A stretch of DNA of 61,490 bases, the filler included. It is 3 parts of 3 records of this genome, joined end to end, with 100 filler letters (N's around TTAATTAATTAA, not from the genome) between each part and the next. Parts side by side here need not be neighbours in the genome. Positions count along the whole stretch, not along the records: positions 31,369 to 54,287 come from SRR22947725_569; 2 more parts are not named here. The stretch is one strand, 5' to 3'. A program made the position numbers and the translations under genes. Positions 40,186 through 49,293 of this stretch are shown here, piece by piece; position 1 is the first letter of the stretch; each line of letters begins with the position of its first letter. The notes under the pieces were generated by a model. The model worked only from the letters and a program-made list of their open reading frames with translations, was not told the DNA's origin and did no database searches.

Positions 40186-41784
40186 ATGAAAGTTAGAAAA
40201 CCAACTGTGGATGTATTGAGTTCTGGTTTCATTGAAAACGAAATTTCAATGAAGAAATTATTGAGTGAACTAAATTCTTATTATAAGTTGTCAAAACAGG
40301 AAGGAAGTGCAGCTCAAATAAAAAGAACAAGAAGTAGAAAAAAATTACTTGCAAGAGAAAAAATAGATTTATTACTTGATAAGAAAAAACCTCACATAGA
40401 ATTAATGCCACTTGCTGGTTTAAAACATGAAAATGGTTTTGGTGCTGGAGGAACAACCGTCGTTGTATTAGGTTATGTTTCAAATGTACTTTGTTTAATT
40501 AATGCCAATGTGTCGACTAGAAAAGCTGGTGCAGTTGATTATGCTACAAGTTTAAAAAACTTAAGATTATCTCAAATAGCCAAAGAAAATAAATTATTAA
40601 CTATCAATTTAGTTGAAAGCGGTGGAGCTAATCTCCCTGATCAAGACAGAGTTTTTAATAATTATGGTAAGTTTTTCTTTGAGATGTCTAAAAGATCAAA
40701 AGAAGGAATACCAACAATTTCTGTTGTTTTTGGTAATGCAACTGCTGGAGGGGCTTATGTTCCCGGAATGTCTGATTATTCAATTTTTCAAAAGAACACG
40801 GCTAAAGTATTTTTAGCTGGTCCTCCACTTGTTAAAATGGCAACCAATGAAGATGCTAATGATGAAGAATTGGGAGGAGCTCAAATGCACAGTAGTATCT
40901 CTGGAGTTTCAGATTTTTTAGCTAAAGATGAAAAGGATGCAATTGAAATAACAAAAAAAATAATTAAAAACATTAAGAAACCAACTCAAAATAAATTTGA
41001 AAACGATTCAATTGCTCCAAAATTTGATAAAAAAGAAATTTTAGGGATTATTCCATCACATTTAAAAAAACCTTTTGATATAAGAGATCTTGTCAAAAGA
41101 TTTATTGATGCATCTGAATTTATTGAATTTAAAGAAAATTATGGCAGAACAATGTTTTGTTGTTGGACTAAAATAAATGGTTATCCTGTTGGAATTATTG
41201 CAAATAATGGAGTGATTTTTCTTGAGTCTGCAAGAAAAGCGACACATTTCATACAATTGGCGAATAAATCAAATATTCCTTTATTATTTATACACAATAC
41301 AACCGGCTTTATGGTTGGTAAAAAGTATGAACAAAATGGCATGATTAACGTAGGTTCTCAATTAATACATGCTGTTTCTGGTAGTACAGTTCCACATATT
41401 AGTCTTCAGGTTGGGAATTCTTATGGTGCAGGAAATTATGCTATGTGTGGTAGATCTTTTGAACCTAGATTTCTATTTTCTTATCCTAATGCAAAATCTG
41501 GTGTTATGGGTGCGGATCAGTTGTCAGGTGTAATGGAAATTATTAAAAGAAATTCTGCATCTTCATTAAATAAAGTAATAGATGAAGATAAGCTTAAAAT
41601 AGAAAAGAAAAAACTAGCTGAACAGGCTGATCAGAAAGCAAGTGTCTGGCACACTACCTCTGAGGTTTGGGACGATGGAGTTATTGATCCAACTGATACT
41701 AGAAAATTTTTATCCTTGGCTTTGGCTACTGTTTATAGTAATGAAATAAAAGGATCTAGTTCGTTTGGCGTATTTAGAATGTAA
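40186..41784 (+). CDS. Acyl-CoA carboxylase carboxyltransferase (beta) subunit, AtuC/AccD2-like
   Basis: ESGGANL, TAGGAYVP, FLAGPPLVK, HNTTGFMVG, GAGNYAMCGR, DDGVIDP, FGVFRM. Confidence 0.9.
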   Translation: MKVRKPTVDVLSSGFIENEISMKKLLSELNSYYKLSKQEGSAAQIKRTRSRKKLLAREKIDLLLDKKKPHIELMPLAGLKHENGFGAGGTTVVVLGYVSNVLCLINANVSTRKAGAVDYATSLKNLRLSQIAKENKLLTINLVESGGANLPDQDRVFNNYGKFFFEMSKRSKEGIPTISVVFGNATAGGAYVPGMSDYSIFQKNTAKVFLAGPPLVKMATNEDANDEELGGAQMHSSISGVSDFLAKDEKDAIEITKKIIKNIKKPTQNKFENDSIAPKFDKKEILGIIPSHLKKPFDIRDLVKRFIDASEFIEFKENYGRTMFCCWTKINGYPVGIIANNGVIFLESARKATHFIQLANKSNIPLLFIHNTTGFMVGKKYEQNGMINVGSQLIHAVSGSTVPHISLQVGNSYGAGNYAMCGRSFEPRFLFSYPNAKSGVMGADQLSGVMEIIKRNSASSLNKVIDEDKLKIEKKKLAEQADQKASVWHTTSEVWDDGVIDPTDTRKFLSLALATVYSNEIKGSSSFGVFRM

Positions 41785-41793
41785 ATATTTATT

Positions 41794-42606
41794 ATGAAAT
41801 ATTTTAATGAAAACGATGTTAAAAATATAAAGTCATACAATTTTGATTTTATAGAATTTGAAGAGTCAAATCACGTTTTTACTTTAACATTAAATCGTCC
41901 TAAAAAGAAAAACGCTCTGAATCCTCAAATGATTAATGAAATAGCATTTGCCTTTCAATATGTTTCATGCTCTAATAGTGTTAGAGCTTTATTATTAAAA
42001 TCAAATGGAGATGTTTTTTGTTCAGGATTAGATCTTAATGCTGTAAATGGTGACATTGAAAAAAATAATTCGACCGTACCAGAAGCTAATTCAAAAATAT
42101 TAATTGGAGAACTATTTAATAAGTTATATAAACCAAAAATCTGTCAGTTGGAAGGAGACGTTTATGCTGGTGGTTTTTTATTAATTGCTGGATGTAATTA
42201 TGTTGTTTCAAAAGATGGTTTAAAATTGGGCCTTCCAGAAGTAAAAAGAGGAATTTTCCCAATGCAAGTTATGGAATCTCTTTCTAAAGTTATTTCCTTA
42301 AGAAATGTAATTGATTGGTGTGTTAGAGGCTATAACTTGGATGTTAAAACTGCTCACAGTTGGGGATTGATTTCTAAAATAGTAGACCAAGCTAATATTG
42401 AATCTGATGTCTCAAAATGGTTACAAGAGGTTACAAGGAATTCTCCTTTTGCCATAAAACATGGATTAGAAGCAATGGATAATATTAAATCTAGTGAGTC
42501 AAATCATGAATATCTTTTGCAAATGTTAGAATTGGTTTTGAAATCTGACGATGCAAAAGAAGGAATTGCTGCTTTTAAAGAAAAAAGAAATCCTAACTGG
42601 AAATAA
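41794..42606 (+). CDS. Crotonase-family enoyl-CoA hydratase (AtuE/LiuC-like, single catalytic Glu)
   Basis: LNRPKKKNAL, FCSGLDL, AGGFLL, GLPEVKRGIFP, EGIAAFKEKRNPNW. Confidence 0.88.
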   Translation: MKYFNENDVKNIKSYNFDFIEFEESNHVFTLTLNRPKKKNALNPQMINEIAFAFQYVSCSNSVRALLLKSNGDVFCSGLDLNAVNGDIEKNNSTVPEANSKILIGELFNKLYKPKICQLEGDVYAGGFLLIAGCNYVVSKDGLKLGLPEVKRGIFPMQVMESLSKVISLRNVIDWCVRGYNLDVKTAHSWGLISKIVDQANIESDVSKWLQEVTRNSPFAIKHGLEAMDNIKSSESNHEYLLQMLELVLKSDDAKEGIAAFKEKRNPNWK

Positions 42607-42628
42607 TAATTTTATTTTTTGAGTTTGT

Positions 42629-42640
42629 TATGCTTGCATA
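42629..42640. promoter_or_regulatory. Palindromic candidate operator TATGC-TT-GCATA
   Basis: Perfect GC-containing inverted repeat in an AT-rich 109-bp intergenic region, 75 bp upstream of the beta-oxidation gene run. Confidence 0.5.
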
Positions 42641-42715
42641 GTATTTTTTTATATTTTAGTATTTTAATACTAATTCACTAATTGTTTTTAATATCAAATA
42701 ATAAAACTCATAAAA

Positions 42716-43711
42716 ATGTTAAAAAATAAAGTTGTTAAATTGTCATCTCGACCTTCAGGTTTTCCATCTGAAGATACATGGGTTCATGAAACTCAAGACG
42801 TAAGAGAAATAAATGATGGAGAAATTCTTTTGAAAAATTTATATGTTTCTTTTGATCCAGCAATGAGAGGATGGCTAAATGAAGCTAGATCGTATATTCC
42901 TCCAGTTCAAATAGGTGAAGTCATGAGAGCTGGAACTATTGGAGAAGTTGTAGACTCAAAAAACCCAAATTTTAATAAAGGCGATGTTCTCTCAGGATGG
43001 GGTGGAGTTCAAGAATATTCCATTTCTGATGGAAAGGGATACTTTAAGGTGCCAAGTACTAAAATTCCATTACCAACTTTTATTGGAACTTTAGGAATGC
43101 CAGGAATGACTGCATACTTTGGTATTCTTGAAGTTGGTAAAATAAAAGAAGGTGATACCGTATTAGTGTCAGCTGCTGCAGGTGCTGTTGGAAGTATAGT
43201 AGGTCAAATTGCAAAAATTAAAGGATGTAAGGTTGTCGGTATTGCTGGTGGTAAGGAAAAATGTGATTATGTCATTAATGAACTTGGTTTTGATGGTTGT
43301 GTTGACTATAAAAATGAAAGTATTAAAAGAGGGATTAAAAGAGAGTGTCCTGATGGAATTGACGTTTATTTTGATAATGTTGGGGGTGAAATTTTAGATG
43401 CTGCTCTTGTCTTTTTAAGAATGGGAGCTAGAATAGTAGTTTGTGGAGCTATTTCACAATACAACGAAATGTCAGCCAAAGGCCCAGATAATTATTTGTC
43501 TTTACTTGTAAATAGGGCTTCCATGAAAGGAATGGTTGTTTTTGATTACGCAAAAAATTATCCTACTGCAACCAAAGAAATGACTCAATGGATTTTGGAT
43601 GGTACTTTAAAATCAAAAGAAGATATTTTCGAAGGAATTGAAAACTTTTATGAGGTTTTTAAAAAATTATTTAATGGAGAAAAAAAAGGTAAATTAATTT
43701 TAAAAATATAA
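42716..43711 (+). CDS. NADP-dependent alkenal/enone reductase (prostaglandin reductase/CurA-like MDR)
   Basis: [43 protein letters not shown]. Confidence 0.9.
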   Translation: MLKNKVVKLSSRPSGFPSEDTWVHETQDVREINDGEILLKNLYVSFDPAMRGWLNEARSYIPPVQIGEVMRAGTIGEVVDSKNPNFNKGDVLSGWGGVQEYSISDGKGYFKVPSTKIPLPTFIGTLGMPGMTAYFGILEVGKIKEGDTVLVSAAAGAVGSIVGQIAKIKGCKVVGIAGGKEKCDYVINELGFDGCVDYKNESIKRGIKRECPDGIDVYFDNVGGEILDAALVFLRMGARIVVCGAISQYNEMSAKGPDNYLSLLVNRASMKGMVVFDYAKNYPTATKEMTQWILDGTLKSKEDIFEGIENFYEVFKKLFNGEKKGKLILKI

Positions 43712-43713
43712 TT

Positions 43714-44895
43714 ATGAGAGATGCATTAATCGTTTCTACAGCAAGAACTCCTTTAACAAAATCATACAGAGGAACATTTAACAATACAACTGCTCCAACT
43801 ATGGCAGGTTGGGCAATTGAGGAAGCAGTTAAAAGATCAGGAGTTGATCCAGAAAAAGTTGATGATGTTATAATGGGTGCAGCTTTGCAACAAGGAACAC
43901 AACATTGTAATGTTGCTAGAAATTCTGCATTAGCTGCAGGTCTTCCTGTAACTGTCAGCGGAATGACATTAGACAGACAATGTTCATCTGGAATGATGGC
44001 TATTGCCACTGCTGCTAAACAAATTATAAGCGATGGAATGGACGTTGCTGTTGGAGGCGGATTAGATTCAATTAGTTTGGTTCAAACTGAAAAAATGAAT
44101 CTGGATAGGTGGGTTGATAAAAAATTAATTGAAAAACATAAACATATTTACATGCCAATGCTTAAAACTGCTGAAGTAGTAGCTGATAGGTATAATATTT
44201 CAAGAGAATCTCAAGATGAATATTCTCTTCAAAGTCAGTTAAGAACTGCAAAAGCACAGCAAGAAGGAAAATTTGATGATGAAATTGTATCCGTTACAAC
44301 AACTATGGGAGTTATGGATAAAATAACGAAAGAGATTTCATTTGTTGAAAAGACTACTTCAAAAGACGAGTGCAATAGACCTAACACAACTATTGAAGGA
44401 TTAAGTTCACTTAATCCAGTTGTTGAAGGAGGATCAATTACGGCTGGAAATGCTAGTCAGCTTTCTGATGGTGCATCTGCTTGTGTTTTGATGGAATCAA
44501 GTATTGCAGCAAAGCATAATGTTACACCACTTGGAATTTATAGGGGAATTGCAGTTGCCGGATGTGAACCAGACGAAATGGGTATTGGACCAATATATGC
44601 TGTTCCAAAATTGTTAAAACAAAATGGTCTTAAAATGAGTGACATCGGACTCTGGGAGCTTAATGAAGCATTTGCTGTTCAGGTTTTATATTGTAGAGAT
44701 ATACTTGGAATTCCTAATGAAATTTTAAATGTTAATGGAGGCTCTATTTCAATAGGACATCCTTATGGAATGAGTGGGTCTAGAATGGTTGGTCATGCAC
44801 TAATTGAGGGTAAAAGAAGAGGCGCTAAATATGTAATTTCAACAATGTGTGTTGGTGGAGGAATGGGAGCTGCAGGTCTATTTGAAGTTATATAA
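43714..44895 (+). CDS. Acetyl-CoA C-acyltransferase (thiolase, PimB-like)
   Basis: [33 protein letters not shown]. Confidence 0.95.
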   Translation: MRDALIVSTARTPLTKSYRGTFNNTTAPTMAGWAIEEAVKRSGVDPEKVDDVIMGAALQQGTQHCNVARNSALAAGLPVTVSGMTLDRQCSSGMMAIATAAKQIISDGMDVAVGGGLDSISLVQTEKMNLDRWVDKKLIEKHKHIYMPMLKTAEVVADRYNISRESQDEYSLQSQLRTAKAQQEGKFDDEIVSVTTTMGVMDKITKEISFVEKTTSKDECNRPNTTIEGLSSLNPVVEGGSITAGNASQLSDGASACVLMESSIAAKHNVTPLGIYRGIAVAGCEPDEMGIGPIYAVPKLLKQNGLKMSDIGLWELNEAFAVQVLYCRDILGIPNEILNVNGGSISIGHPYGMSGSRMVGHALIEGKRRGAKYVISTMCVGGGMGAAGLFEVI

Positions 44896-44933
44896 ATTAA
44901 CACTTAATAAATTTTAATTAAAAAAATATAAAT

Positions 44934-45674
44934 ATGAAAAGATTAGAAGGTCAAGTTGCCATTGTTACAGGTGGAGCGCGTGGAATAGGTAAAGGAATCT
45001 GTGAAGTTTTTTGCAGAGAAGGAGCAACTGTAGCGTTATGGGATGTTTTGGACGGAACTGAAACAGTAAATGAAATAACACAAAATGGTGGGAAAATATT
45101 TTTTCAAAAAGTTGATGTAACAGATCAAAGTTCTGTAGATAATGCTATTGAAGAGATCATTAAACAGCATGGTAAAATTGAGATTTTAATTAATAATGCA
45201 GGAATCATTAGAGACAAATCATTCTTAAAAATGTCAGAAGAAGAATGGGATTCAGTAATTAATGTAAATCTTAAATCTCTGTACGTAGTAACAAGATCTG
45301 TAGTTCCACATATGAAAGAAAATGGATACGGAAGAATTGTTTCAGCTTCTTCTATTAATGGAACAGCAGGTGCTTTTGGACAAACTAATTATTGTGCTAC
45401 TAAAGCTGGAATTTCTGGTTTTACAAGAGCACTTTGTAAAGAGGTTGGTAGACACGGAATTACTGCAAATGCAGTAGCACCAGGTTTTGTAAAATCTGTA
45501 ATGTCCGACAGTATGCCTGAAGAAATTATTAAGGGCGCAGTTAAAATGATTCCAGTGGGTAGAATTGGTACACCTGAAGATATGGGTCATGCTTATTTGT
45601 TTTTAGCATCTAAAGAATCAGGATTTGTAAGTGGAATAACTCTACATGCGAATGGAGGATCAATGCCAATGTAA
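44934..45674 (+). CDS. SDR, 3-oxoacyl/3-hydroxyacyl-CoA oxidoreductase (FabG-like)
   Basis: TGGARGIG, NNAGI, GQTNYCATK, VAPGF; Asp after beta-2. Confidence 0.9.
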   Translation: MKRLEGQVAIVTGGARGIGKGICEVFCREGATVALWDVLDGTETVNEITQNGGKIFFQKVDVTDQSSVDNAIEEIIKQHGKIEILINNAGIIRDKSFLKMSEEEWDSVINVNLKSLYVVTRSVVPHMKENGYGRIVSASSINGTAGAFGQTNYCATKAGISGFTRALCKEVGRHGITANAVAPGFVKSVMSDSMPEEIIKGAVKMIPVGRIGTPEDMGHAYLFLASKESGFVSGITLHANGGSMPM

Positions 45675-45691
45675 AATTTAAAATTATAATT

Positions 45692-46168
45692 ATGAATAAT
45701 AACGAAGCGTATAAAACTAGTTTCAAGAACTTAGATGAGTTAAACAGTTCTGTTGGAAAAGAACTTGGAGTTTCTGATTGGATTGAAATCACTCAAGAAA
45801 ATATAAATATTTTTGCTAAAATTACTCAGGACGAACAATGGATTCATATAGATAAAGAAAAATCAGAAAAACATTCTCCGTATAAAACAACAATTGCACA
45901 TGGTTTTATGATATTATCTCTAGCCTCCAGATTTTCTTATGATACTTTAAATTTAGAAAGTGTTAAAATGGGAGTCAATTATGGAGTTGACAGGGTTCGT
46001 TTTACCAGTGCTACTCCCTCTGGTGGATTTATTAGAGGAAGAGTTTCTCTACTAGAGTGCGAAAAGAAAGATGGAAGTGCGAAATACAAATTAGGAATTA
46101 CTGTAGAATTAAATGGTCAAGAAAAACCAGTTTGTGTTGCTGAAACCTTAGCTATTGCTTACGAATAA
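45692..46168 (+). CDS. MaoC-family (R)-specific enoyl-CoA hydratase
   Basis: FAKITQDEQWIH (D-x4-H), TIAHGF, NYGVDRVRF hot-dog motifs. Confidence 0.9.
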   Translation: MNNNEAYKTSFKNLDELNSSVGKELGVSDWIEITQENINIFAKITQDEQWIHIDKEKSEKHSPYKTTIAHGFMILSLASRFSYDTLNLESVKMGVNYGVDRVRFTSATPSGGFIRGRVSLLECEKKDGSAKYKLGITVELNGQEKPVCVAETLAIAYE

Positions 46169-46178
46169 AATTAATATT

Positions 46179-46961
46179 ATGGAGAATAAAGCAGTTTTGT
46201 TAGATATTTTTGAAGGTATTGCAGTTATAACTTTAAATAGACCAGAAAGATATAATGCAGTTAATCAAGATTTAATTGAAGGAATTAATTATGTATTTTC
46301 TGTTATAAAAAATGACGATAATATAAGGGCTGTAGTTTTAACTGGAAATGGAAAAGGCTTTTGTTCAGGAGCAGATTTGACAACTATTGGAACTTTATCT
46401 CCAGAAGATTCTAGAGATTATATAATTGATAATTATAAACCAATTTTAAATAATTTTTTAAGTCTAAGGAAACCAATAATAGGAGCAATAAATGGTACTG
46501 CAGCAGGTGTTGGTGCTGCTTTTGCTTTAGCTTGTGATTTTAGAGTTATGAGTAAAGAAAGTGCACTATTGTATGCTTTTATTAATATTGGATTAGGACC
46601 TGATGGAGGTGCTAGTTGGTTGCTTTCAAGACAAGTTGGGTATAGTAAGGCCTTAGAGATTGCTACAGGAGGTAAAAGAGTATTGGGTGAAGAATGTTTT
46701 AAATTGGGTTTAACTAATAAATTAGTTGAATCAAAAGAAATCATTGATGTTGCAAAAAGTTGGGCTATTGAGTTATCAAAAAAACCTACGATTGGAATAG
46801 GTATTACAAAACAAGACATGATTTTTTCTTTAAATAATGATTTGTTAAGTACTATAGAATTTGAAGCTAAAGAACAAGTTGCAGCATTTTATAGTGAAGA
46901 TTTAAAGGAAGGTGTAACTGCTTTTTTAGAAAAAAGAAAAGCTAATTTTAAAGGTAAATAA
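46179..46961 (+). CDS. Crotonase-family isomerase/hydratase (PaaG-like)
   Basis: LNRPERYNA, FCSGADL, GVGAAFALAC, AFINIGLGPDGG; start at ATG 46179. Confidence 0.87.
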   Translation: MENKAVLLDIFEGIAVITLNRPERYNAVNQDLIEGINYVFSVIKNDDNIRAVVLTGNGKGFCSGADLTTIGTLSPEDSRDYIIDNYKPILNNFLSLRKPIIGAINGTAAGVGAAFALACDFRVMSKESALLYAFINIGLGPDGGASWLLSRQVGYSKALEIATGGKRVLGEECFKLGLTNKLVESKEIIDVAKSWAIELSKKPTIGIGITKQDMIFSLNNDLLSTIEFEAKEQVAAFYSEDLKEGVTAFLEKRKANFKGK

Positions 46962-46969
46962 TAAACGGA

Positions 46970-48163
46970 ATGGAAACACAAGTTAAGACAGATTTAACAA
47001 GTTTTAGGTTAGAAACAAGAAAATGGTTGGAAGAAAATTGTCCAGCGTCCATGCAAGAGCCTATAACCGATGCAAAACAATTGTATTGGGGAGGTAGAAA
47101 TGGAGAATTTAGTTCTAAGGATCAAGAAATATGGTTCAATAAAATGTTTGATAAAAAATGGATTGTTCCTTATTGGGAATCTAAATATGGAGGAGGAGGA
47201 TTAAATCCAAAACAAAATAACATTTTAAATCAGGAAATGTCTAGGTTGGGATGTAGAAAGCCTCATATCAATTTTGGTATATCAATGTTGGGTCCTGCTT
47301 TATTAAAGTTTGCTTCTGAAGAACAAAAAATTTATTATTTGAATCAGATTTGCAAAGGAGAAATCAGATGGGTTCAAGGCTATAGTGAACCTAACGCAGG
47401 AAGTGATTTAGCTAATCTTCAAACTAAGGCTGAAGATAAAGGTGATCATTTTTTAGTTACTGGATCTAAAGTATGGACATCTTATGGCGATAAAGGAGAT
47501 TTTATATTTTGTTTAGTTAGAACAAGTACTGAATCAAAACACACAGGGATAAGTTTTTTACTTATTGATATGAACTCAGATGGAGTATCTACAAGACCGA
47601 TAAAGTTAATAAGTGGAAAATCACCATTTGCTGAAACATTTTTTGATTCTGTTAAAGTTCCAAAAAAGAATTTAGTTGGTACTCTTAATGATGGTTGGAC
47701 TATTGCTAAGTATTTATTGACTCATGAGCGTCAAATGATTGGAGGGATAGGTGATACAGATAAGAAAAAAACATTAAGTGAAGTCGCAATTGATTCTATT
47801 GGAGTTACTGATAAATTATTATCAAATGCTTCAATTAGATCAAAGATTGCAAATCTTGAAATGAATGAAAAAATTTTCGAATTAACAATTCAACGAGCTT
47901 TAGACGAACACAAAGCAGGAAATAATTCAGGTGCAGTATCTTCATTTTTTAAATACTATGGGACTGAACTTGCTATGCAGAAAGAGGAATTAAGATTAGA
48001 GGTCAATGGATTTAATTCAACTGAATGGACTAGTGAAGAATCTAATAATGGTAGAGAGGCTAGATATTTTAATAGATCAAAAGGTCATTCAATTGAAGGA
48101 GGAACACATGAAGTTCAGTTAAATATAATAGCAAAAAGAGTCCTTGGGCTCCCATCAAAATAA
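46970..48163 (+). CDS. Acyl-CoA dehydrogenase, large/catalytic subunit (PimC/ChsE-type)
   Basis: WVQGYSEPNAGSDLA, GSKVWTS, LTHER, SIEGGTHEVQLNII. Confidence 0.92.
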   Translation: METQVKTDLTSFRLETRKWLEENCPASMQEPITDAKQLYWGGRNGEFSSKDQEIWFNKMFDKKWIVPYWESKYGGGGLNPKQNNILNQEMSRLGCRKPHINFGISMLGPALLKFASEEQKIYYLNQICKGEIRWVQGYSEPNAGSDLANLQTKAEDKGDHFLVTGSKVWTSYGDKGDFIFCLVRTSTESKHTGISFLLIDMNSDGVSTRPIKLISGKSPFAETFFDSVKVPKKNLVGTLNDGWTIAKYLLTHERQMIGGIGDTDKKKTLSEVAIDSIGVTDKLLSNASIRSKIANLEMNEKIFELTIQRALDEHKAGNNSGAVSSFFKYYGTELAMQKEELRLEVNGFNSTEWTSEESNNGREARYFNRSKGHSIEGGTHEVQLNIIAKRVLGLPSK

Positions 48164-48168
48164 TAATT

Positions 48169-49293
48169 ATGGCACTTGTAATTAATGAAGAGCAAAATAT
48201 GCTCAAGTCTTCAGCAAAAGAATTATTAGATTTAAAATCTCCAATTTCTCATATGAGAGAATTAAGAGACGACAATTATAGTCAATTCGATGTTGATTTA
48301 TGGAAAGAAATGGTTGAAATGGGATGGACGGCTTTAATAATTCCTGAAGAATATAATGGACTTAATTTTGGTTATGTTGGATTAGGTCAAGTTTTAGAAG
48401 AAATGGGAAGAAATCTTACAGTTTCACCAATGATATCCACTGTTTTGGTTTCAACAACATTAATTTCTTTTTCAAAAAATGAAGTTTTAAAAAGTAAACT
48501 CTTTGATGAAATAATGAATGGAAAAAAACTTTGTTCACTGGCTCATGAAGAAACTTCTCATCACAACCCAAATATTAACTTATCAATTATTTCAAAAAAC
48601 GATCAGAAGTTTATTTTGAATGGCAAAAAGAGGTTTGTAATTGATGGATCAATTTCAGATTACTTAATCATTTCAGCTAATAATGAATCCTCTGGTAAAT
48701 TAGAGTTGATTATTTTAGATTCTAAATCAAAAGGGATTACTTTCAACAATAAAGTTCATATGGACTCTAAAAGTTATTCTGATATTTCATTTAATAATGT
48801 TGAGTTTTCTAATAATGATTTTTTATCATCCAATGATGATGGTCAAAAACTTTTAAGCAAAACTCTTGATATAGCTTGTATTGGATTGGCAGCTGAAATG
48901 CTTGGAAATATTCAACAAGCATTTGAAATGACAATGCAATATCTGAAGGAAAGAGAACAGTTTGGAGTAAAAATCGGTTCTTTTCAGGCTCTTCAACACA
49001 GATCATCAATAATGTTTGGGGAAATTGAATTATGTAAGTCAATAGTTTTAAAAGCATTACAAGCTATTGATAAAGATGACGAGAATTTATCTGAATTGGC
49101 AAGTTTAGCCAAATCAAAGTTAGGATTAACATCAAAATTAGTTACTAATGAAGCGGTTCAAATGCATGGTGGAATAGGAATGACAGACGATTCTGATATT
49201 GGTTTTTTTCTAAAAAGAACAAGAGTTACCCAAAGAATTTTTGGAGATTCAAATTACCATTTAGATAGAGTTGCTAAAATAAATAACTATTAG
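48169..49293 (+). CDS. Acyl-CoA dehydrogenase, small/partner subunit (PimD/ChsE-type)
   Basis: REQFGVKIGSFQALQH, QMHGGIGMT, FGD; lacks EPxxGSD and terminal GT.E motifs. Confidence 0.9.
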   Translation: MALVINEEQNMLKSSAKELLDLKSPISHMRELRDDNYSQFDVDLWKEMVEMGWTALIIPEEYNGLNFGYVGLGQVLEEMGRNLTVSPMISTVLVSTTLISFSKNEVLKSKLFDEIMNGKKLCSLAHEETSHHNPNINLSIISKNDQKFILNGKKRFVIDGSISDYLIISANNESSGKLELIILDSKSKGITFNNKVHMDSKSYSDISFNNVEFSNNDFLSSNDDGQKLLSKTLDIACIGLAAEMLGNIQQAFEMTMQYLKEREQFGVKIGSFQALQHRSSIMFGEIELCKSIVLKALQAIDKDDENLSELASLAKSKLGLTSKLVTNEAVQMHGGIGMTDDSDIGFFLKRTRVTQRIFGDSNYHLDRVAKINNY

